A stretch of DNA of 40,471 nucleotides, taken from positions 1-40,471 of the forward strand of contig JYFJ02003526.1 of the NCBI GenBank assembly GCA_000934665.2, read 5' to 3'. Below are positions 1 through 11,559 of the stretch, piece by piece. This DNA is from Catajapyx aquilonaris (Eukaryota). The notes under the pieces are model-generated. The model was not told where the DNA came from, ran no database searches, and saw only the letters and a program-made list of their open reading frames with translations. The translations under genes and the position numbers were made by a program. Each line of letters opens with the position of its first letter. Within the stretch, counting starts at the first letter, position 1.

Positions 1-890
1 AAGCTTGTTATACCGGATCAGCGCAATTCAATTTCCGGTTGCCTCCATCCTAATTATGCTTCCACTCGCTTTGTTGCCGGCGACCCTTTCCACGCAACCT
101 GCATTCTTGTTTAAAAGGCGGGGGACTTTGGCCAGATTTCTGAGGTTGCCCGCTGGCGCAACAAAGGACAATGCTGCCATGTCTGCACTTCAGGAGACCT
201 GTGGTATGCACCCAGTGATTGAAAGGTTAAGATAATGTGAGACACCCACTGGCAACATTGCTAACTTCCAGAAAATATGTGGCAACATGGGTTGTCATAT
301 ATACCAGACCTGTCATATAGAGTAAACTGTATATAAATTGCGCTGCACTTTTGCCGAGCATTCCATGAACTCTACTGGGTGTGATTGAGTGGGGTCAGCA
401 TGCACACAGTGCGATATAGTCCTGATCCGATGCAAATTCCGTCACGCCTATTTCTGACCCTGCCCGCTTCCTTTCGGTCTCAACCGGATCATTTGTTGTC
501 CAGATTATTTACATGCCGCTTCAACTGCGTAGGAGGCAGGAAGGGCCGGCGAATGACTCATATGACCGACACAGGGTGTTGCAATAATCACACAGGTTGC
601 TGTGTAGGAAAGAGTGTGGGACGAATTTGAAAATGGAAAATCACCTGAAGGCACACAACAAAAGGTGGGCAACATGGGGCGGTGACCGCGACAAGGGGGT
701 CATGAATATGGATGCATATCTTGGGGACGGTTTTTTTCCGTCTCTTGGTCTGCTCCAGGCCATCAACCAGACGACAATCCGGTGACCCTCACATGTCGTA
801 CACGAGACACTAGAAAATTTTCAAGGTCGCATAGGACATGCGATTGTAATTTTTGACATTATAGAAGTTGAAGAACAGCCAAATTCAAGG

Positions 891-1521
891 GTAAGGTAGC
901 AGATATGAAGCTCAAAATTGTCTCTAATACAGGACCACATGGTGCTAGGCCTAGCTAAGCCTAGTTCCATGTGGTTCTGTCGATCTTGACAGAAACAGGA
1001 AAGGAGACTAGAAGCGTCCACTTTCATGAGTAAGGTAGCAGACTTGAAGCTCAAAATAGCCTCCAGGATGCGCTCCTATCTCTTCTTGACAATGCCGACA
1101 GGACCACATGGAGCTAGCCCTAGCTAACCCCTAGGCCTAGCTCCACATGGCCTCGTGAGGAACAGGTAAGAGCGACTCTCTTGGAGGCTATTTTGAGCTT
1201 CAAGTCTTCTACCGTACTCCTGGAAGTGACTCTAAGACGCTCTGCCCTCTTCCTCACGAGGCCACATGGAGCTAGGCCTAGGGCTTAGCTTAGCTCCATG
1301 TGGTCCTGTCGGTCTTGTCAAGAAGAGATAGGAGCGCATCCTGGAGGCTACGGTATTTTGAGCTTCAAGTCTGCTACCTTACTCATGAAAGTGGACGCTC
1401 CTAGTCTCCTTACCTGTTTCTGTCAAGATCGACAGAACCACATGGAACTAGGCCTAGCTAGGCCTAGCTCCATGTGGTCCTGTCTTGGAGGCTATTTTGA
1501 AGTTCAGGTCGGCTACCTCAC
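891..1521. mobile_element. Foldback/MITE-like element with ~280-bp inverted arms built from internal subrepeats
   Basis: Arm 891-1174 is the reverse complement of arm 1238-1521. ORFs 821..1054(-) and 1298..1561(+) share SFKSATLLMKVDA..CFCQDRQNHMELGLARPS as a result. The module ggaggctattttgagcttcaagtctgctacc recurs in both arms and in the spacer, and local palindromes ccacatgg..ctaggcctag..ccatgtgg are present. Confidence 0.85.
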
Positions 1522-2313
1522 TCATGTGACTGTACAGATGTATGGCAGCAGAGAGGTGTAGTCCTGCGTAATTGAATGGCTTGGTAGAAGGAAATATGTG
1601 CCGCGTTATGTGGGTGGTAAATACAGGGTGGGGATGAGGGGCGGGGGTGGGGGGGGGGGCGCACCTGACTAAAATCCAAGTGAGTCTGTGGGGCTTCTTG
1701 TTGGAGGCGGCTGCTAATGGCCTCGGAGCAATATCGTTTCCCGGAAGTTTAATGCGCGCCACGGTTGGAATGCGGATGGGGATACCCCCTATCCTCCACA
1801 CCATCACTACAAAACCCCCATCCTTTTTCCAAACCACCCCGTCACTCCTGGAAAGAAAGAAAAAAAAATCTTTTTTTTTTTTTTGGAAAAAAAAAAGTTT
1901 TGAGGGGGGTATAGAACCCCGTAATCCCGTATTTCTCGCACTGGTTGGGCTCCTCTTTCTCTTTTCTGTTCCTCATGGTAATGGTGGCGGTGCAGTTGGG
2001 AAACTATTCCCACTCCGGTGAATGCTGATGAGGCCAAACGAATAGCAAATAGGGGAAGGTGGGGGTGGGTGGGGACAGGGCCAGGACACTACTATCTTTA
2101 GACTAGTTACATTGAGGATCCTAGCCTGACTTCCACTTAACCCTTTTGTGCAATGGCAATAACTGCCACCAATTTGGCAATTAGCTGACTTCTCTCGGAC
2201 TTTGTTCGGGGCCAAGGGGGCGTGATATGGAAGTCCTACGCACTTGTGTCCACTTGTTCGGACAGGAGCATTGTACGGCTGCCAATCTACTGAGAAACTG
2301 AAAATTGTGGCTA

Positions 2314-2545
2314 AAATTTGGCGACACTGCCCGGCTCGCTCCACGTGGACTTAGTACGATATGCCACTATCAGGTGGCGCATAGGCTTCCCATCTGTGCG
2401 CTACAACCACCACCGTTGAAGTGGGTTCCAACCTTTGATCGCTTCAGAGAGTGGACCTGATGCTGTGTCCTGTCATTATTCAACGGGGAATGAGATAACT
2501 ATGGTTATTACATGCACCTAGGTGATGTGTAAACGCCTCTAGGGA
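2314..2545 (+). repeat. Dispersed repeat 'family C' copy
   Basis: aatttggcgacactgcccggctcgc...tagtacgatatgccactatcaggtggcgc...gataactatgg...atgcaccta is collinear with 18578-18746. Confidence 0.7.
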
Positions 2546-2999
2546 CAGAGCCACACCAATGCAGTTATGTATTATATTACAGTTGACTACGGCTATATAT
2601 CAGCCTCGAAAGGTCGGTCCCGCCATAAGACCCTGTGTATTTTTACTCCTGATGTAACATACTCATATTTCAACTCCCCTCGGGTATAACAGACCATTAT
2701 TTTTCTTGGCCTCTCGGTTGAAAATATGCTGTTTTTGATTATTCAGCGAGCTTCCTTTCCCATGCGGATGCACGAAGCCAGAGAATACTGGAGGGGGGTG
2801 ACTTTTGCATCTGTCACTGATCTGTGTTACTCAAAATCATACTTTTTCTGGTATATTTGGCAACAAGGAGACAGCGGAAAAAAAATTATGGACTTTTTTG
2901 GCCCTTCGTAATTTGAACTAATTGGTGACTTTTGGTGATAGTTTTATTCGTGTATGCAGTAGTGGGAAATTATAAGCATATGAAAGCAGAAAACTTACT

Positions 3000-3106
3000 G
3001 TACATGTATTCATGGTAAAATTGGCGGTTTGGATATAACATACCTCGGTTATAACATGCGTTTTTCAGCGGTCCCTTGCAGTGTGTTATATCCGGATTCA
3101 ACTGTA
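3000..3106 (-). mobile_element. One end of a pogo/Tigger-like (Tc1/mariner) MITE
   Basis: The minus strand reads TA-CAGTTGAATCCGGATATAACAC..GGGACCG..GTTATAACCGAGG, the TA+CAGT terminus style of pogo/Tigger MITEs. No partner end was found. Confidence 0.55.
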
Positions 3107-3808
3107 CAAGATGATAGATTTGGTAGTAATCACATGGCTTCTCTGTAGGCTGTGATTTGATTAGACCAGATTTGTTTGAGGGCACATTAGACACAATAGA
3201 CTGCGAGGGATTTGAATGACAGAGTTGGACAGGTGTGGGCTGGCAGGTGATTGGTGGAAGACAAGAGGAAGCCAGGAGGTCATGACGCATCAGCAGCAAA
3301 GCATGCCCCCCCCCCTCCCCCATCTCTTCCCAACATATTGGATCGATGGTTGGCCCAGATAACACTCTGCTCACAGCCAGCAAAGGCAGATGTAGGCCAA
3401 ACCCCCCTGTACCAGCCCAATCGCATTGTTTATATCGGCGTTTATTTTGGCCAGGCTGGGCTGCCTGGGGAATAGGGGTTCGCTCAGGATACATGTATGT
3501 GTGTTGCATACCCCCTCGCGATTGGAGCTGGGTCTGAAGCGAGATGGTTAGCTGCATCCTCCTTTTCCTCGGGGGGATTTACCGTGTGTTTTCCAGCCTT
3601 GCGCCGTGGCTACGAGGAGTCACAGGTGCGCAGTCGACAGGTCCAGGGGAAAGGAGGAGAGGATACAGGGTGGGAAATGTGCCTGGGAGGGGAGGGGGGA
3701 ACCCCGCCAAAAAAAGAGCTGCTTTTTGCTCCGGATTGTGCCATGTTGCCATTGCCCAATTGCAGGGTACATCCAACTGCTCTAGTAGCTCCAGAGTCCG
3801 TAATAATA

Positions 3809-3978
3809 GAGCCATGTTCGTAGCGCTTCATTTCAAAAACGCATTGATATGGCCCGCTTTCGGCAGGGAGTTACAAGGCAGCAGACCCGCTTCAAACTGG
3901 TTGAAGCGCTTTATCAAAAGTTACACGGCAGCAACAACTTCCTGAAGCGCTTTTAACTGGTGCCATGTAACGTGGCTC
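3809..3978. mobile_element. Degenerate MITE, possibly PIF/Harbinger-like
   Basis: Imperfect TIRs gagccatgtt / aacgtggctc, with internal inverted agcgcttca / tgaagcgct repeats. No clean TSD. Confidence 0.45.
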
Positions 3979-3983
3979 GTATA

Positions 3984-4191
3984 CAGGGTGTTCCAAATTC
4001 GTGGGTGTTATAACTGATATCGCCCGATAGTATAGGTATTTTTTTGTAGCTTCTTGTTCCCCTAACCACGTGTCCCATTCTATGGAAACTGCTATATTCG
4101 ACCCCCCTGGGTGTAATGAGGAACAAGCTACAAAAATAACTACAAGGCGATATCAGTTATTTAAAAAGGACCCACGAATTTGGACATCATG
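3984..4191. mobile_element. Tc1/mariner-type MITE
   Basis: TA flanks both ends (3982-3983, 4192-4193). Arms CAGGGTGTTCCAAATTCGTGGGT..ATAACTGATATCGCC..TTTTTGTAGCTT match AAGCTACAAAAA..GGCGATATCAGTTAT..ACCCACGAATTTGGACATCATG in inverted orientation. Confidence 0.85.
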
Positions 4192-4463
4192 TATACAGAA
4201 TTGGCTAGAGTCTGTGTCTCTATCCGGGGTCAGTCATCATCGGGTAGCTATAGATGCATGCAGTGCAGTGCTGGACATTAATGGTGTCGTACTGGTGGCG
4301 CCACGAGCCTCAGGCGGGAAAAGAACTGATGAAATACCAATACAACGCTTAGGTTCGTTCTTTTGCCGCTAACTGCTCGTGGCGCCACTAGTACGACACC
4401 ATTAATGCCCAGCACTACTCGCACGTTCCTGAGAGTGGCAATGCAGGGATAATGGTACTACGT
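4192..4463 (-). repeat. Family C copy interrupted by a MITE
   Basis: The reverse complement contains ctagccaattctgtata (cf. 18730-18746) and cgtagtac..tgccactctcagg (cf. tagtac..tgccactatcagg at 2352-2374). Confidence 0.5.
4266..4417. mobile_element. MITE with ~42-bp TIRs (hAT-like CAGTG/TAGTG ends)
   Basis: agtgctggacattaatggtgtcgtactggtggcgccacgagc is inverted in gctcgtggcgccactagtacgacaccattaatgcccagcact. No 8-bp TSD is visible. Confidence 0.8.
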
Positions 4464-5570
4464 GCATAGTTTTCCCCAGAAGCACAGTACTTTATAAGTA
4501 ATAAAGTGCCACATGTAGACACTTTCCACTGCAAGATGCTCGATAATTGGGTCGATATGGTCTTAGCGCCCTGTGATGTGTCGGTGGACTTGAACTCTTG
4601 GAGAGAAAACCGATCGAATAGGTCACGTGTTCTTGAAAGGGAGGTGGGCGGATGGGGGACAAGTGGATGCAAAGTGTGACTCAATTAGACTCCATGAGAG
4701 TGGCGAGCGGGCAGAAAGATTATCTGCGCGACGGAGACTTCCTCTTACCCCACTGAATGTTAATGGTGCGGTCGATACTATCTTCCGCCAGTAGCTCAGG
4801 CCACGCCCTTTTTTGGCTGCCCCCCCCCCTTCAACACCTTTTTTTATATTTTTGGAGGAAAAAAAGAGAGAGAGAGAGAGAGGAGGGGAGGATTCATCGT
4901 ATAAGGGGGTCGACCGACCTTCTTGTCATGCAATGTCCACCCTTTTAATTATTCAAAAGGTTATGGCAGCGATGACAGTCACGAACAGGTCTGACCGTAA
5001 AAGTTGCATAAATCATCCGCCACCATCTCTCGTAGCTCGCCTTGGATTTACCGCCCTCGTACAATCGCCCTTCAATCACTTCAATGCCCTCGCTCAAAAT
5101 AAAAAAAAAGGGTCGCTAAATTAAAGGCATGTGAGGACATTGAAAGTGTGGCCCACAGGATTAATTTGTAGTTAAATGACATCGTTACATGTCGAAAGTG
5201 ATGGTAATTATTCGGTGCATAACTCGTGAAGAAGAGACATCCACATTTCGAGTGCACTTTCACAGGTTCTCTACTTGCTTGTTGAGCCTACGAGTGTGTC
5301 CGAGGTCATCACTTCTCTTACTTGTATTTTGTCTGAGGGACGTCCTCTGTTGAGCAAGTAGAAGTAGGACATGTGGAAGCGCCTTGAGACAATGACTCGG
5401 TTTGAAGGAGGACATTGGAATCCATATTGATCTGGGAAAAGTGGGTGTTTGGCAACCGCGCCCTTTTCTTCAACTTTCTGACGATAATTTGCTATGTTGG
5501 TTGCCTACTCGTCAGGATGTAAGGCCGGATAATATTTTTGTCGACCAAGTCAGTAATAATTTTGCAGAAA

Positions 5571-5958
5571 CATCGCCAATTGGGATGAGATTGTGCCAGG
5601 TGGGGTGAGATTGTGCCAGTGCTTTTTTTTGGACAACAGCAGGCGTAAACTAGCGAATTCAGGCATGTTTCGCTATACATTGAGAGATGATCAAGGTTGT
5701 CAATGACGTGTAAAATGTGCAAAAAAATGTGCCTTAAAATTAGGCACAAAATCCAATCAATTTTGAAAACTATTATCTGTATATCGAAGACAATTAATTA
5801 ATTTTCCCTGATTTCTTTGCCAATAACCAGATATTGCAAAAAAATGTCTTTAGAAATTAGGCACGAAATCCTATAGCATTAAAAGTGCGCTGGCACAAAC
5901 TCAGCCCACTTAGCACAATCTCACCCCACTTAGCACAATCTCACCACGTTTGAGATAT
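5571..5958. mobile_element. MITE with tandem 20-bp subterminal repeats (GGGGTGAGATTGTGCCAG), pogo-like
   Basis: Two forward 20-mers at 5581-5620 and three inverted copies at 5890-5946. The interior holds ~1.3 units of the ~100-bp satellite found at 6770-7815. Confidence 0.65.
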
Positions 5959-6769
5959 CACCGGATTATTCTGGCTTGTTCCTTATATGGCTGGGACTAT
6001 GTCCGGAAATTAATTCACATTTTTATGGTTTTATTCCCTGTGTCGTACGTCCCGGATTATTTCTTTGTGTTTCTTCACAACCTGGCAGGCTTCTCAGAAT
6101 TCTTCCGGATTTTTTTTTGCTGAATTCCCCCCCATCAGTGTTCTCCCCCGGATATATGTCAAATCCCTGCCAAACGTGCAATTTCGCATCATTTGGAAAA
6201 AGGTCATTCAAGGACGTCTTCTTAGCCTCCCACATCCCTCCCCCAGTGTTTTCCTGTGGGTTAATAATTAGACCAAGATTTTTCAAGGTGTGGGTGGGGT
6301 TCGTGGCACAGCTATAGTGAAAAAAAAGAAAAGAAAAGAAGGAAAAGGAGGAGAGACAATTTGAGTGAAAATAAAGAGAAGGCTGAGAGAGAGGGGGAAA
6401 TGAGGCCACGACGTCAGTTGATGGCAACGTCGAACCGCGGAGGAGGAGATTGGATTTGTCACCGTTCGCTGATTTGGGTTGTGGCCCAACCTACATTGCC
6501 TCCTAATGCCTTTTTTTCCCCTCTCTCTCGTATATGCTACTGGACACAACAGCTCACAAATGTGTCCAGAATTTTTGATCAATGCTACTGCGGTGGGCCA
6601 AATTGCCGCGAAAATTGTGGAATTGATATAGCATCAGGGCCCGGAACAAGATGAAATTTCATTACTTAGCATTCCTTAACAATGACAAAAATTAGGGAAG
6701 AAATGTATCCATGTGTATTCAGTGCATGAAATATTTTACAACCTGTAATTTGTAGTTTAAAAAATGAAG

Positions 6770-7815
6770 TATTAGCTTTTCCATTATCTTTTTTGCCCAT
6801 AAGCAGATACGACAAATTAAATTGGGCACGAAATCCAATCAATTTTGAAAACTGTTATTATGCGATTCACGAGTCCTGGCCTGTTAGGCTCCTCCTCCGT
6901 CCTCCGCCCTCTGAAGGCGAGGTTGCCACGTCCGCGTCCGTGTCCGCCATGGCCTCACACGCCTGCCAGGAGGATGGGGGGAGAGCACTTGGCAGCAGTG
7001 GATCGCATTGGGGGGGGNNNNNNNNNCCAGGCCTGGAAATACGACGAACCACCTATCCCTTGTTGAGACCGAACCCCGCACCAATGGCTCCTACTCGCGA
7101 GAATCACGAGCATTCCAGGCCAGATTTCTTTCGCCGCTGACGACGTTGGGAGGAGGTGGGTGGAGCCTAACAGGCCAGGACTCGTGAATCGCATAATATC
7201 TGTGTATGAAGGAAAACTAATAAATTTTCCAATATTTTTGCCCATACAAGCAAAATGCGTTACAAAATTAGTCAGAAATCAAACAATTTTGTGTATTTAC
7301 AAAATTAATCAATTCATGTTTTTGTCCAGAAGCAGATACGACATATGTGATAAAATCAGGCACGGAATCCAATCAGTTTTGATCACTATTATCTCTGTAT
7401 TAAAGAAAACTAATCAATATTTTCCATAGTTTTTGCCCATAAGCACTAGAGCGTGTTTTCAAATTACGCACAAAATACGAGCAATTTTAAAGACTGCTAA
7501 AGAAAATAATCAATTCTCCATTATTTTGCCCGTAAGCAGATATGACCAAATGTTATACAATTAGGCAGGAAATCCAATCAATTTTGAACACCATTTCTGT
7601 GTATTCAAGAGATTTTTTCCAATATTTTTGTCCATAAGCAGATATAATATTAGGCATGAAATCCAGTCAATTGTGGAAACTATTATTATTTGTGTATCAA
7701 AGAAAAGAATCAATTTTTCAATTATTTTTGCTCATAAGCAGAAATGACAAAAAAAAGTTGTTATAAAATTATACACGAAATCCAAGCAATTCTAAAAGCA
7801 ATTTTATGCATTAAA
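6770..7815 (+). repeat. Degenerate ~90-120-bp tandem satellite, ~7 units
   Basis: aaattaggcacgaaatccaatcaattttg...tttttgcccataagcagata recurs near 6820, 7265, 7355, 7460, 7560, 7650 and 7770. The array is interrupted by the MITE at 6858-7196. Confidence 0.8.
6858..7196. mobile_element. Young GC-rich MITE with perfect ~35-bp TIRs and TA duplication
   Basis: TTATGCGATTCACGAGTCCTGGCCTGTTAGGCTCC ... GGAGCCTAACAGGCCAGGACTCGTGAATCGCATAA, with TA at 6856-6857 and 7197-7198. It contains an N gap at 7018-7026. Confidence 0.9.
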
Positions 7816-9246
7816 AATTAATTTGTCCCATCATCTTTCCAGTGAGCTGAGGCGACCAGAATCATCTTGATTAACTTTGGTACATAAAATGAACTATTTT
7901 TTCTGTCAAATTTGCAAATTTTTTTATTTTCAGTTACCTGTCCCACATTCGCGAACCATTTTCTTGCAAATAATTTTGGAGGCAAAACTGATACGTTGAC
8001 GTCACCGGATGAAAGAAGAGGGCAAAACCGTGGCCATTTTCCCATCAGTTAGGCCTCCCATCGTCGTCATCGTGTTGAGATGACTAAATAACTTCGACCT
8101 TGTTGACGAGTCTCTGAACACTGAGGGAGGAGGGGGGGGGGGGGGAAGTTGTGCTGCATAGCTGAAATACTGTATTTATAGTCGATGTGAGTTTCACTTC
8201 GACCTTGCCAGGGCCAAAGAGAGGCTGGCATGTCCTTCCTGTTTCCATAGAGTCCTCGGGGTGGGGAGGGTGGTGGGGTATAGGGTTAGAAAAAAAAAGC
8301 CTTCTAATCTGCATTTTGCGGTTTGGTCGTATCCTGTGCCTACGCTTCATTTTCTATCGAGCAAAACAACAACTTAATGTTTCTTTTAGGCCTCCTCCAA
8401 TATCCTCCTTCAGGTCTGTCACGTTAAAAACAAACAAAAAAAATGAAAAAAAGAACCTTCGACCAATAATTCGCATTGTTTTTCATGCAGCTCGATGAAT
8501 AACAAGCTTCCTTGTCTTGAAAAGTATAGGTTACTAAATAAGAAATAATTGGCTTCCTGACTGTTGTTCGTCTCCTCTTTTCTTGTGTTTTTTTTCTTCA
8601 AATGCGCAGTTTAAACTTGAAATAATGCATGGTAATGGTTCAATCTGAGACTGTCTGGAATTTTTGCCGAATTGTGCAAATTTGTTTTTTTTTCCTTTCT
8701 CGAGTGATCGTCTGAAATGATGTGTGGAGTCATTATTGGTTGGTGCATTTGCGTCTAAAGTGTCAGGGAAGCTTGTCAACTTGAATCTTTGCGATCTCTT
8801 GATACACCTTGATATAGCACGAATTTCCGCAAATTTATCAAGACAGTGCTAATTTTTTTTCTGATAATGCCATCTAGAGTTTCTTTTTAATTTACTTGCT
8901 GAACATCCTTGCCACGGGTTTTGCGGTTATCATTATGCCTTTTTTTCTACATTCGTACGTAAGTATACGATTTAATTTGAATAATTTCCATGCGTGGTGA
9001 CGCGTTTTTAGCAATCGCTGGAGCAACCAGGAAGTCCTGCGCAATCACGCCGATTTTAAATGTCAGTGCTGGTAATTAGTGACGTACTAACCCCTGTTTT
9101 ATCGCAATGAAAAGCCTTCAAATGAACTGATTGCAAATACCGACAGGAGCTTACATAAGCTTACTTTCTTTGTAAAATATTTTTTTCGCGAAATGTAATC
9201 AGGCTTCTGTAATAAGCTGCGGACGACTACTATAGATGAATTATTG

Positions 9247-9450
9247 TTTTGCGAGCGCAACCGAGTGCGCACCCACACTCGCGCAAGCCCATTATTCCGA
9301 CAACAATGTTGCCACAGTTACCCATTAGAGGCCTGATAGCCTGTAAGCTTCGGTCCAGAGCCTTGGCAACGTCGAAAAAGTCAGCCATATTGTTACCCTC
9401 TCAAGCGTAGTGTTGGAAACAATTTGCGCGAACTGTGTTGCGCACTCATG
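9247..9450. mobile_element. Family A element copy 1 (short)
   Basis: Left arm gcgagcgcaaccgagtgcgcacccacactcgcgca; right arm cagagccttggcaacgtcg..gtagtgttggaaa..gcgcgaactgtgttgcgcactc. Confidence 0.8.
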
Positions 9451-9528
9451 AAACATTCATCTTATACCATACACAGAGGCCATAATTGTACTAATTATTT
9501 TCCTCTTTTGTAACATAGCACTGCCCAA

Positions 9529-9698
9529 GTTCACACCATTAACAATATAGGGATGGAGTCAAACATGATGCGGATTGCTTTCTTCAGTCGCGCATGCGCA
9601 TTTCCACTGGTAGATCCTGATGTGTACGAGAAGTGCGCATGCGCGACTGGAGAAAGTTCATCGTGCCGAACACAGCCTAATTTTTGATGGCGTGAGTA
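9529..9698. mobile_element. Degenerate palindromic MITE
   Basis: ctttcttcagtcgcgcatgcgcattt is inverted in aagtgcgcatgcgcgactggagaaag. The outer arms tcacaccattaacaat / atttttgatggcgtga also pair imperfectly. Confidence 0.7.
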
Positions 9699-10591
9699 AG
9701 TGAAGTGTACTGCAGCATTGTAAGAATATTACTCGTACAATCAGAAAGAGCTTGTGTCTGTGCAACAGTGTTAATCAGGAAAACAGTTAATCCCACATAA
9801 ATTAGATGATTCGGAACAAAAATCGTAAATCAGGATTAGGCTGCTTTTTTTTGGACACCATTTTTTTAAAGCAGTTTTGCAACACCTAGCTTCGCATAAA
9901 TATTTAATTTGACGTCATTTTCCGCTGCTTGCTTTCGCATCAGATATTTTTTCCCCCTCTAGTCTAAATCGCATTTACGCAGAGAACAGACCCTGATTTG
10001 TTCACTCCTCATATGCGCAATCGCTCCTTACGTAATCTGTAACTCGATTGGGAAATAAGGATGTGTACCGACATATTTTATGCATAACTCGTTGGGTACT
10101 TTTGACACACACACACACACACAAAAAAAATGTATGGGATAGAGTAAAGTGAGGTTGGGAAGGGGGGGGGGGGTGCATCATGTGTAATGTAGATGATCCA
10201 AGGTAAAATGGGTGAACGGATGCGGAAGGGTGCATGCTATCCGCTTCCGGCAGATATACGCTACGTAGTATGCATATTGCGGAATATTGGGAAACGTGTA
10301 GAGTGTGTGTGTGCCTGGAAAATTCCAGTTTTTTGGAGGTGGGTGGTGGGAGAGGCGCCTCCCACACACACGAGGGGGTGGCTGTGTGTGTGTGTATATG
10401 TATATGTGATGAAGGGAATCGATCCCTGGCTCCTGGCTCACACACACGTGACCGGATAATACACAACATTTTGGGCGAGGGGGTGTCCTGTTGCAAATAA
10501 GCATCGCCAGGAATCTCTGGGATTTCATGTACGGCTTGATGAGTATTAAATCGGTATGAAACAGACAAACTTTGCCGTATATAATAGCATA

Positions 10592-10745
10592 TGCAGTCAA
10601 ACGGGGTGAGATTGCGCCAGGTGGGGTGAGATTGTGCCGATATTTCGGAAGGAAGCAGCATACGCCATCTACTGATTTGGTTCCCAAATTATGTCGTTCC
10701 TATTGGGGTAAAATTGTGCCAGGTCGGGTGAAATTGTGCCAGCTC
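10592..10745 (+). mobile_element. Left end of the 20-bp-subrepeat MITE family (cf. 5571-5958)
   Basis: cagtcaaacggggtgagattgcgccaggtggggtgagattgtgcc, plus two more 20-mers at ~10703-10742. The copy is truncated next to a microsatellite. Confidence 0.65.
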
Positions 10746-10758
10746 ATTTTTTGGGGAC

Positions 10759-10807
<49 letters not shown>

Positions 10808-10839
10808 TAGGCCTAGTGATGATGATGATGATGACGACG

Positions 10840-10875
<36 letters not shown>
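10759..10875 (+). repeat. Compound microsatellite (TAG)n-(GAT)n-(GAC)n-(AAC)n
   Basis: Read directly from the sequence. Confidence 0.97.
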
Positions 10876-11559
10876 CATTAGACCGCTGAATGATCGTGTA
10901 ACATATACGTATAGGCTTACAGTATGTATCCATAGAGTTCCCTGGAGAATAGTGTGTGTTGTTGGAGGAGAGTGTGGGGTGTTGTTAGTGAATGTGCAGC
11001 ATCCTTTTCTCCCTCTTTGAGCTTGGTAATGGTCTAATGAGGGAGGGAGCCAACAAGCCAGGAGGAAAAGGAACAGCGGAAGTTTGTAGACGTTTCTAAT
11101 TAACCCCCTTTTACTCCGCGGCTGTTTCAGGTGCGCCTTTTGCCTGCCGGACATACAACAACACAAGGTCGGGAGTGTGCGCCTCATTACGCTTACCTCA
11201 CCATTAACTCACCTCAAGAGATATATGTCCTTTCCTTTGATGCACACATGCCACTCTTATGGGTCTAGCTGCAGCAGTTTTGACCCACCCTGTAGACCAC
11301 AAGATGACTCTGAAATCATCATCGTCTGATTTCCTGGTTCTGTTCCAAGGTGGCGGGCGGTGCGGATGTTGAGGGCGGGTTTTTTGGATAAGAAAAAAAA
11401 GCAGGGCCCGTTCAATTGTGTTGTGCCCGCGAATTTTCGGAGCAACGAACCGAGCGAAAAAGCCTTGTCACAACCTTGGGACCAACGAACGGCCCCGGTT
11501 CTATTCTCCGCAGCATTCACCGGAACCGACTCAGGAAGGGGTTCAAAATCCCTCTAGTC

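Noticed and set aside
821..1561. Apparent paralogous peptide pair on opposite strands
   Set aside because: A by-product of the DNA inverted repeat; the same applies to IMRFTSPGLLGS in ORFs 6845(+) and 6955(-).
1626..1659. G-quadruplex-capable tract
   Set aside because: G runs are common throughout the window and nothing marks this one as functional.
7011..7026. N gaps beside poly-G (also 23150-23155 and 37950)
   Set aside because: Most likely sequencing dropout at G runs, not biology.
11287..11296. miR-10-like ACCCTGTAGA (also at 35099-35108)
   Set aside because: Only ~10 nt match and there is no precursor hairpin.
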